In this document: positions 8,939 to 16,707 of the stretch, piece after piece
Layout of the letters: each line of letters begins with the position of its first letter
How positions within the stretch are numbered: the first letter of the stretch is position 1
Assembly (NCBI GenBank): GCA_043745805.1
Contig: JAYTSD010000008.1
Span: 258,569-322,568 of the forward strand
Length of the DNA: 64,000 nt
Source: Fibrobacteria bacterium
Lineage (GTDB): Bacteria > Fibrobacterota > Fibrobacteria > UBA11236
Direction of reading: 5' to 3'
Position numbers and translations under genes: made by a program
Notes under the pieces: generated by a model
The model's database searches: none
Seen by the model: only the letters and a program-made list of their open reading frames with translations
Told to the model about the DNA's origin: nothing

Positions 8939-10122
8939 CGATTAAATTCCTCAAAAAATAAAGGCTTGCTCCAAAGCGTCATTTTATCGGTTAACCCCAT
9001 CTTATTTACATATTCAGTATCAAGATTAACTTTGCATAATTTGGAATCCAAAGTTGAATTCAGTAAAGCTTCCGCAATATGCACTGAACCTGCGATATCA
9101 AAAGTTTCAGAACCAGATGTGGAGGGGGTATGATGAAAGGCCACCGCATTAACTACGACTTGTGGAAGTCCCCACAAACCAAGCAGATAAGCACCAATTT
9201 CTGCATGAGTAAATCCCAACATGGATTGTTCTAATAAATAATACGGTTGTGTTGATTCCTGTTCAAGCTTGAGGAGTTCCTCAAATTCTTTAGGGTAAAA
9301 AAGTACTAATATAATAATACCAATATCATGTAGTAATCCAGCCATGCACGCTTCATCTTTTAGCTCATTGGAAGGCGCAAGTTTTTTTGCGGCTAAAGAA
9401 ATTCGAAGCGAGTCCTTTTGAAAATCATTAAGATCAAATCCCGAAACTTTATCAGCCAAATTAATCAATCGATGACTTTCAATATTGATAAGCAGAGCTT
9501 TAATCATATTTAATCCAAGATGATACGTAGCCTGTTCTAAATTAAAAACGGAGCGACTGGGATTAAAATAGGACGAATTAATAACCTTCATTAAATTCGT
9601 ACTCATACTCGGATCCTGACAAATCAACTGAGCAATGGTTTTAAGATTCGGATTTGGCTTTGCAGTTTCTTCTAATAACTTTGAAAAGATAATCGGTGGA
9701 GAGGGAAGTGAATCGAGCTTACCAATGACATCCGTCAATCTTGCTGAAGGGATTAACAATTGTGAATTCCCGATTTTTAACAAAATTTCATGTAAGGATT
9801 TACTATCATAGGGTTTACTGATTACTACATGTGCTACTGAATGTGCTCTAAGCATTGCGTCTTTATCTGCATAACCAGAAAGAATAATGCGCGCCATAGA
9901 AGGATAAAGTTTTTGCACGCGTAGTAGTAATTCAGCACCATCCATGCTGGGCATTCGCATGTCGGAAATGATGATATCAAATTTTTGGGTCTGCAATAAA
10001 TCCAGTGCTGACGCAGCCTCTACTACAAAAGAACAATCCCAATAGCTACGATATTTTCGCATACTGTTTCGAAGTCCATCGAGAACTTCAATTTCATCAT
10101 CGACAAAGAGCACCTTTTTCAT
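8935..10122 (-). CDS. Response regulator: REC domain plus HDOD domain
   Basis: REC: 'VLFVDDEIEVLDGL...ISDMRMPSMDG'. HDOD-like C-terminus 'FTHAEIGAYLLGLWGLPQVVVNAVAFHH'. It has 4-nt overlaps with both neighbours. Confidence 0.7.
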   Translation of the reverse strand: MKKVLFVDDEIEVLDGLRNSMRKYRSYWDCSFVVEAASALDLLQTQKFDIIISDMRMPSMDGAELLLRVQKLYPSMARIILSGYADKDAMLRAHSVAHVVISKPYDSKSLHEILLKIGNSQLLIPSARLTDVIGKLDSLPSPPIIFSKLLEETAKPNPNLKTIAQLICQDPSMSTNLMKVINSSYFNPSRSVFNLEQATYHLGLNMIKALLINIESHRLINLADKVSGFDLNDFQKDSLRISLAAKKLAPSNELKDEACMAGLLHDIGIIILVLFYPKEFEELLKLEQESTQPYYLLEQSMLGFTHAEIGAYLLGLWGLPQVVVNAVAFHHTPSTSGSETFDIAGSVHIAEALLNSTLDSKLCKVNLDTEYVNKMGLTDKMTLWSKPLFFEEFNR

Positions 10123-11990
10123 ACGGGATTATTTTCCAATACAGTTGCTATTTCCTGTGATGAATAAACAGGCAAGCGAATAAAAAAAGTGGTCCCCTCA
10201 CCTACAACCGATTCAAAAGTAAGTGTGCCTTCATGTTTCATTATAATAGAACGAGCCAATGACAAACCCATACCTGTGCCTTTGCCCACAACTTTTGTGG
10301 TAAAAAATTGATCGAAAATACTATCCTTAATCTCATCGGGAATACCGCCACCCGTATCAGAAATGGAAATGACTACTTCTTCATTTTCACGAGTGGTAGA
10401 GACTTTTATTAACCCTTTTTTTCCACACTTTGCCATCATCCCTTCAATTGCATGCGAGGCATTGATCACTATATTCAAAAAAACCTGATTAAGCGTGCTG
10501 ATATTACAAATCACTAATGGAATCTCTCCAGGATAAAATTCAGCCTCGGCCACAAATTTGTATTCATTACGTGATATATTTAGCGTATTAGAAAGCGCAC
10601 GATTTAAATCTTGAGGAATCATCGATTCGTTCTCGGGATGCACAAATTCTTTCATAGACCGAACAATTTTTGCAACTCTCTGCAAGCCATCAAGAGCACG
10701 CTCTAAGGCTTTAGGTACATTTTCCGCAACATAACTCCAATCCGCCTCCTCTTCTAATTCGCCGCGTAAAGTCTGTCTTTCGATTTTTCCTAATGCTGAA
10801 AACACACTCTCAATGGACTCCTTAACAAAATGCACGCTATCACTCACAAATTGAATAGGAGTATTTATTTCATGAGCAACTCCCGCCGCTAAACGGCCAA
10901 TAGATTCAAGCTTTTGTGTTTGAATTAATTCTACTTCTAATTTTTTCTTTTCCGAAACATCAAAAAGTAATCCGCGTAAAACAAATTCCTTCGGCTTCAC
11001 CTCGGAAATAGTCACAAGATTACGTACATCCCTCAAATCCCCGCTGGGAGATTTCAAACGATATTCTAATTCAAAATCAGGCAAGTTACCTGGTGCAAAG
11101 TCAAAAACCCTTTGTACGGCCAATTTATCCTCAAAATAAATATGTTCAAAGAAATCCGAATTTAACCACTCTTCAATTTGTATGTCAAAAATTTTTGCAA
11201 GTTGCGGGCCCACGTAAACAAATTTTCCCGACTTCATGTTCATTTCCCATGGCACTGCATGACTGGTCTCAACCAAAGCCTGCATCTGTTCTCGATCTGC
11301 ATTAAATTCCGCGGTACGTTGAATTATTTTTTCTTCGATTTGATCATTAAGTATTCCAAGTTCAGCCTCTCGACAAGACATTAAATGAATTTCGGAACTG
11401 CCTTTAATACAACTAAAAATTAATATTATATCTACAAACACCAACCATGCAATATGTTCGAAAAATTGCCACCACTCGGGATGAGTGATTCCATATATGG
11501 ATTCTGGCCAAAACATTCCACCGATTAAATGATCGCCAGCTGCGACAAGAGTTGCGGTCGGGAAAATACGCCAATCTCTATAAAAAGCAAGAAATGCAAG
11601 TGAGCCAAAAATATGAAAATGGGTTTCGATTCGACCGTTCATAATGTAAATGAGCAGTCCCGACCAAAGCATTTGCGCAACTGCAATAACTTGTCGAGTC
11701 CCCAACCAGCCAGGTTTTCTCCAAACTAAATAAAGCGGTAAGGCATTGAGAATTCCACCAAACACAATAGCTATTTTTACATGAATATGAATAGTTCTGA
11801 CACTACCGCTCCAAATATATGGGGAAATAATTAAGGCGAGAAGGATTGCAAAAAGCCATTGCGACAACAAAATGATAACCATGGTTTTATCAACCTTAAC
11901 CCAAGAGGCATGCATGTATCGCTGATAAATTTCTTCAACACTTGCTTCTTTAGATTTTTGGTTAATCGCTAGCTCATCTATATTTTGCAT
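10119..11990 (-). CDS. Sensor histidine kinase: about 6-TM His-rich N-terminal membrane sensor, PAS-like region, HisKA and HATPase_c
   Basis: H-box 'AAGVAHEINTP', N-box/ATP lid 'NIVINASHAI', G-boxes 'DTGGGIP' and 'GTGMGL' are present. The N-terminal 200 aa contain about six hydrophobic helices with several His residues (HIHVK, HFHIFG, GDHLIGGMFW, FEHIAW). Confidence 0.8.
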   Translation of the reverse strand: MQNIDELAINQKSKEASVEEIYQRYMHASWVKVDKTMVIILLSQWLFAILLALIISPYIWSGSVRTIHIHVKIAIVFGGILNALPLYLVWRKPGWLGTRQVIAVAQMLWSGLLIYIMNGRIETHFHIFGSLAFLAFYRDWRIFPTATLVAAGDHLIGGMFWPESIYGITHPEWWQFFEHIAWLVFVDIILIFSCIKGSSEIHLMSCREAELGILNDQIEEKIIQRTAEFNADREQMQALVETSHAVPWEMNMKSGKFVYVGPQLAKIFDIQIEEWLNSDFFEHIYFEDKLAVQRVFDFAPGNLPDFELEYRLKSPSGDLRDVRNLVTISEVKPKEFVLRGLLFDVSEKKKLEVELIQTQKLESIGRLAAGVAHEINTPIQFVSDSVHFVKESIESVFSALGKIERQTLRGELEEEADWSYVAENVPKALERALDGLQRVAKIVRSMKEFVHPENESMIPQDLNRALSNTLNISRNEYKFVAEAEFYPGEIPLVICNISTLNQVFLNIVINASHAIEGMMAKCGKKGLIKVSTTRENEEVVISISDTGGGIPDEIKDSIFDQFFTTKVVGKGTGMGLSLARSIIMKHEGTLTFESVVGEGTTFFIRLPVYSSQEIATVLENNPV

Positions 11991-12207
11991 TGCGCCTCCT
12001 AAAATTTACGGTAACCCATAGAATATGCTTTCTTTTGCATTCAAAAAACTAAACAAGATTTTGCTGAGGCGTATTATCAACTGTCTTTTTTTTGTCCAAA
12101 AAATTTGCAGCGTCATAGATTGCCATTGCTAAACCAAAGCCAACCACATATAGTTTAGAGCATGGGTCTTTAAATGTCAATAAATTAACAAAATTACGTA
12201 GAATTAA

Positions 12208-13245
12208 TCACAACAATAACATGGCATCGCCATAACTAAAAAGCCTATACTTATTAGCAAAAGCCTCGGCATAAATAGCCTGAGCCCGAGCAGTACCTAG
12301 GCGACTGCATACTAGCATAAATAAAGTAGACTTGGGCCAATGAAAATTAGTGAGTAAGCCATCCACTACTTTCCAGCGATAACCTGGATAAATAAAATAA
12401 CGTGTTTCCCCTACACCGGGTACTAAGGTATCATTCACACCTTGCGCTTGTGTTTCTAAAACTCTTGAGGCCGTGGTGCCTACGGCGAATATCTTCTTCC
12501 CAGCCGCTTTGACTTGATTTAATAGCGCGGCACTTTCTACCGAGAATTCAAATTGTTCTGCATGCATGGGATGTTCTTCAATGTTTTCGGTTTGAACGGG
12601 CCGAAAGGTACCAGCACTTACATGTAAGGTAACATATACAATCCGTATGCCTTTTGCGGAAATTTTATCCAAAGCGTTTTGATTCAAATGCAAACTAGCT
12701 GTGGGAGCCGCAACTGATCCTAAATTTTTGGCAAAAACACTTTGATAATTTTCTAAATCGGTATCCTTCGCGTCTCGCTCAATATAGGGCGGCAAAGGAA
12801 TTTTTCCCACGGGTTGTAGGACAGTATAAAAATCTTCTTTTTTTACATTAAAGGCTAGTCGCCTACTTCCATCTAATAATATATCTACTACTTCCGCTTG
12901 TAAATTTTCGGAGAAAATTATTTTACTGCCTATTTGCGCTTTTTTGCCTGGTTTTAACAACGCATCCCAAACGGCCTGTTCATTAGGCGAAGCAGCTACG
13001 GACAAAAGCAAAGCTTCCATTTTTGCACCAGAAGACAAATGTCCCAGTAAACGTGCTGGTAACACGCGCGTATCATTAAGGACTAAAGCATCGCCTGGTG
13101 ATAAATAATCAATTAAATCTTCAGTATGCTTTTCTTGTATTTCGCCATGAGCCTTCACGACCAGCATTTTAGCTGTGCCACGAGGCAAGGGTTCATAGGC
13201 GATTAAATTTTCTGGAAATAAAAAATCAAATTCCGATAATAACAT
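12208..13245 (-). CDS. queA: tRNA preQ1(34) S-adenosylmethionine ribosyltransferase-isomerase
   Basis: N-terminus 'LSEFDFLFPENLIAYEPLPRGTAKMLVV' and the overall length match QueA. Confidence 0.8.
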   Translation of the reverse strand: MLLSEFDFLFPENLIAYEPLPRGTAKMLVVKAHGEIQEKHTEDLIDYLSPGDALVLNDTRVLPARLLGHLSSGAKMEALLLSVAASPNEQAVWDALLKPGKKAQIGSKIIFSENLQAEVVDILLDGSRRLAFNVKKEDFYTVLQPVGKIPLPPYIERDAKDTDLENYQSVFAKNLGSVAAPTASLHLNQNALDKISAKGIRIVYVTLHVSAGTFRPVQTENIEEHPMHAEQFEFSVESAALLNQVKAAGKKIFAVGTTASRVLETQAQGVNDTLVPGVGETRYFIYPGYRWKVVDGLLTNFHWPKSTLFMLVCSRLGTARAQAIYAEAFANKYRLFSYGDAMLLL

Positions 13246-13256
13246 AGACCGGAAAA

Positions 13257-14861
13257 TTACTTTTTCACCGCCTTTTTGGATGGAATGTTTTTACTCGGTA
13301 AAGCTTTTTCTGCGGATTTGGCCTTGGAATTTTCTTTAACGGACTCTTGAGAATCTTTACCTTGAGGTTTTGCTTCGGGCTTTGCCGCTTGATTTTGCAA
13401 TTCTATTTCCAAAGCCTTGATAGCCGCATTGGAAGCTTGCAAGACACCTTCATCACTGTCCTGCGCCATTGAACGTAAATGTTCCATAGCCGTACTATCC
13501 CCTAATTTACCCAATGCCGAAGCCGATTCACGGCGAATCTGCGCATCCGAATCGTGCAAACATTTAATTAAGGTGGGAGTAAAAACCGAATCTTTAGTTT
13601 GCGCCATGATCATAAAAACCTGTGTACGTAATGGAGATCCTCCATTGCTGTCTAAGGCTATTTGTTGCAAAACCGGAATACCACTTTTTCCAAGCTGCAC
13701 TATGCGCGTCCCTATTTCACGAATTGCCGAAGGATCAAAGGCAGTATCCGAAGTTAATAAATGCTCCATATTCCTTAACAAATGTTTTACTTGTTCTTCA
13801 ATACTCTTGGCTTTCGAAGATCCGGCCACTTGAATCGTGTCTAGTTGTTCAGTCAAATCGTCTACTCTTTTGCGTAACATGTCTACACGTCTATCAAACA
13901 TCATTTGTTTCGCCGCAAACACACTGTCAATCATTCGATGGTCACGATTAAGTTGCTCTAAATCCGTAACACGTTCCGGCCAAGTTTTTCTATTGGTATG
14001 TGGAATCCATCCATTAAATTGAATGGCGCACATTACCCCAGGTGAATTGTATCCATTGCTCAAAGGCTTGGAGGATTTGTAAAAAAACCCCCATTCTCCA
14101 CCCTGACGCACCCAAGATTGAAATTCTGTGAAACCAAATTGAAAGGCCAAAACATTTTTTATGCGATATTGAAAACTTAAAATTTGATGAAAATCGGAGA
14201 AACGTTCAAATACCTCATAGCCCATATAGGTATTCCGGCCCAAGCCTTGTTCTAATCCGGCCACGACACTGGCTAAATCCTTATTTGCACCGTCGAGAAC
14301 AGACAAACCTAAATGTAACCGTGTCTGAGGCGTTACGCTTTTAGCTAGGGTAACATAACTTTCCGTGCGTAAAGTTTTTAAAGTTTTTTGTTCGGTAACC
14401 CCATAAAGTCGTGCTTCTTGGCTTCCCAAAATACTGCGCACTCCAAAAACCATATTTGGAAAATAAATATCTTCATGGATCAATAATGCTTTTAAGGAAA
14501 AGGAAAATTTATCTCCATATTGAAATCCAATTTCCCCACGACTTTGGACACCAAACAATAATTCAGAGGTATATGGGAATTGAGATGCAGTAGTGGTGTC
14601 AAGGGCCAATGTGTCAATATTTGACGAGGAAAAATATTGCAGCTTAGAAGACAATTGATATTGACCATGCCGCACAATATCCCCAGCCGGAATATACATC
14701 AAGGTATTTAATTGAGGGGCAATCTCATCCGCTCCTGCGAAAGCAAAGGCGCATAAGACGAAAAGACTTTTTTTAATCGTCTTGGATTTTAGATTCTTCG
14801 CGTAATAATTCCACTTCAGCAGCGCTAAGTGAACGAAATTTTCCTTCAGGTAAGTGACCAA
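13257..14861 (-). CDS. Secreted/envelope protein with a beta-rich N-terminal domain, a coiled coil, HEAT/PBS-lyase-type repeats and a Lys-rich tail. The true start is probably downstream of the listed Met.
   Basis: HEAT-like 'DSDAQIRRESASALGKLGDSTAMEHL' and 'DSDEGVLQASNAAIKAL' are present. The signal-peptide-like 'KKSLFVLCAFAFAGA' lies about 30 aa after the first Met. The listed ORF overlaps the upstream rluB-like gene by 89 nt. Confidence 0.45.
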   Translation of the reverse strand: MVTYLKENFVHLALLKWNYYAKNLKSKTIKKSLFVLCAFAFAGADEIAPQLNTLMYIPAGDIVRHGQYQLSSKLQYFSSSNIDTLALDTTTASQFPYTSELLFGVQSRGEIGFQYGDKFSFSLKALLIHEDIYFPNMVFGVRSILGSQEARLYGVTEQKTLKTLRTESYVTLAKSVTPQTRLHLGLSVLDGANKDLASVVAGLEQGLGRNTYMGYEVFERFSDFHQILSFQYRIKNVLAFQFGFTEFQSWVRQGGEWGFFYKSSKPLSNGYNSPGVMCAIQFNGWIPHTNRKTWPERVTDLEQLNRDHRMIDSVFAAKQMMFDRRVDMLRKRVDDLTEQLDTIQVAGSSKAKSIEEQVKHLLRNMEHLLTSDTAFDPSAIREIGTRIVQLGKSGIPVLQQIALDSNGGSPLRTQVFMIMAQTKDSVFTPTLIKCLHDSDAQIRRESASALGKLGDSTAMEHLRSMAQDSDEGVLQASNAAIKALEIELQNQAAKPEAKPQGKDSQESVKENSKAKSAEKALPSKNIPSKKAVKK

Positions 14862-15507
14862 GTTGTACTCCAGCGAAAGCGATTCGCTTTAAGTCTATCA
14901 CTTTATGCCCAAAGACATCCAGCATTTTACGGATTTCCCGGTTCTTTCCTTCTTTCAATGTGATCTCAATCCCATCTCCATTAGAACGAACCTTGAATGC
15001 TCTAACTATTACATCAGGTTCTATCTCAACTCCGGCTCTTAAGGCATCTCTTTCCGAAGCCATCAATGGCGTTTCCGTTTGCACTTGATACACTCGGGGA
15101 ATTTCGAATTTTGGATGTAAAAGTTTATGTGTTAAATCACCATCATCCGTCAGTAAAATTAAGCCTCGGCTATTAAAGTCCAAACGACCCACATAATGCA
15201 AAGATTGCAATTCTTCAGGAAGGAGATCATAAATTACGGGCTTTTCAAAAGGATCGCTACGGGAAGTAAGGTAACCGATTGGTTTATTTAAAATAATATA
15301 ACGTAACTCCGAAGGTAACAAGGCCTTTTTACCATCTACGCGAACATCTTCCCCATCCACCACACGCCTCGACAAATCCAGAATTTGTTTTCCCGCAATG
15401 GTGACACGACCTGCTACAATCAAACTTTCTACGGCTCGGCGACTTCCCAAACCACATTGGGCCAAATACTTATTAAGCCGCATAGTGGGCCTCCTCGAGC
15501 AATCCAT
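14773..15507 (-). CDS. Pseudouridine synthase, RsuA/RluB/RluF family (S4 domain plus catalytic domain)
   Basis: S4: 'MRLNKYLAQCGLGSRRAVESLIVAGRVTIAGK'. Catalytic Asp motif: 'HYVGRLDFNSRGLILLTDDGDL'. Confidence 0.8.
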   Translation of the reverse strand: MDCSRRPTMRLNKYLAQCGLGSRRAVESLIVAGRVTIAGKQILDLSRRVVDGEDVRVDGKKALLPSELRYIILNKPIGYLTSRSDPFEKPVIYDLLPEELQSLHYVGRLDFNSRGLILLTDDGDLTHKLLHPKFEIPRVYQVQTETPLMASERDALRAGVEIEPDVIVRAFKVRSNGDGIEITLKEGKNREIRKMLDVFGHKVIDLKRIAFAGVQLGHLPEGKFRSLSAAEVELLREESKIQDD

Positions 15508-16363
15508 AGCGCAAACCGCGATCGGAAATGGTACATTGTGAAAGTTGTAAAGAAATTAAAAATGCTTCGACTAAACAAAGCCCTGGCAAAATAATATCAA
15601 CTCTTGAAGACTCTATACCGGGAAGCATTTTTATTTCTTCCAAGGAAAGTGAAGCTAATTTTTGGATTTGATTTTGCAATTGCTCTAAAGAAATCACAAA
15701 TCCTTCGATTTTGTCTCGATCAAAAACCGGCATTGCCTCAATCAGCATTACCAAGGCAGTAACGGTTCCTCCCACAGCAATCAAGCGCGTGGGAATAGGC
15801 ATATTGGGTATCGCTGCCGCTACGGTATCCTGCGCTTGCTTTTGTAATAACCCCAAATCCTTTCCGGCTTGTTCAAAAAGGCTAACGGCTCCTAAAGGAA
15901 TAGATACGGATTGATTTTGACATTGCAATTCACTACTGCCGCCGCCAATATCCAACATTCCCAATCGCTCCGCATTCGCATCTAAACGCGCATATGCATT
16001 TTGCACCGCTAAAAAAGCAATCTGGCTTTCGTGTTCTCCGGTTAAAATTCGACAAGGAAAATGCAACAATTCCTCAATATTTAAAGCCAAAGCTTTCCCA
16101 TTTTTCGCTTGGCGAAAGGCCTGCGTGCCCGCAATTGCCACAAGCTCTGCATGATGTTCAACAATAGTTTTTTGAAAATCTTGAAGGGCTTGCATTAATG
16201 ACGCAATGGAATCCTCAGAAATAATCCCGGTAACTTTAAGATTACGACCTATTCTTGGCGTTGCTATTTTTTGCACGATAGGTTCAAAGCGTCCATTTTC
16301 ATGATGCGCAATCAATAATAATGCCGACTGAGTTCCAATATCGATGGACGCAAATAATTGCAA
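15473..16363 (-). CDS. Ppx/GppA phosphatase family protein (N-terminal actin-like domains only, no HD domain)
   Basis: 'ASIDIGTQSALLLIA' and 'LDIGGGSSEL' are the ASKHA-fold phosphate-binding loops of Ppx/GppA. Confidence 0.65.
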   Translation of the reverse strand: MQLFASIDIGTQSALLLIAHHENGRFEPIVQKIATPRIGRNLKVTGIISEDSIASLMQALQDFQKTIVEHHAELVAIAGTQAFRQAKNGKALALNIEELLHFPCRILTGEHESQIAFLAVQNAYARLDANAERLGMLDIGGGSSELQCQNQSVSIPLGAVSLFEQAGKDLGLLQKQAQDTVAAAIPNMPIPTRLIAVGGTVTALVMLIEAMPVFDRDKIEGFVISLEQLQNQIQKLASLSLEEIKMLPGIESSRVDIILPGLCLVEAFLISLQLSQCTISDRGLRYGLLEEAHYAA

Positions 16364-16672
16364 TTAAATTCCTAATCTTTTGGCTAAAACTTTTTTCATT
16401 TCGCCAGGATTAATCAAAAATTCACGGGCAATCCCTATGGCAGCTTCTACGGTATGTTCATCATAGGCTTTTGTCCAACGCTTAACCATTGCCCCTGTTT
16501 GCGATCCTATATCTCTTTTTTCCGCTAATTCACGTGCCATGCCCAAAGCCAAACGAATGCCCAAGCCCGGCGCGACCTTAGCGGGGTCTTCATTAATTTC
16601 CAACATCGCATCGATGCGAATAATGCTTTTCTCTAATTCTTCGGGAGTTAAACCTTGGATTTCTTCGTCCAT
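16364..16672 (-). CDS. Hypothetical small acidic protein (102 aa), co-operonic with the radical SAM protein
   Basis: The ORF is tightly packed: 0-nt gap to ppx, 36-nt gap to the radical SAM gene. No motif recognised. Confidence 0.4.
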   Translation of the reverse strand: MDEEIQGLTPEELEKSIIRIDAMLEINEDPAKVAPGLGIRLALGMARELAEKRDIGSQTGAMVKRWTKAYDEHTVEAAIGIAREFLINPGEMKKVLAKRLGI

Positions 16673-16707
16673 ATTATTTTCCTGCTAATACTTGTTTCTG
16701 TATTTTC

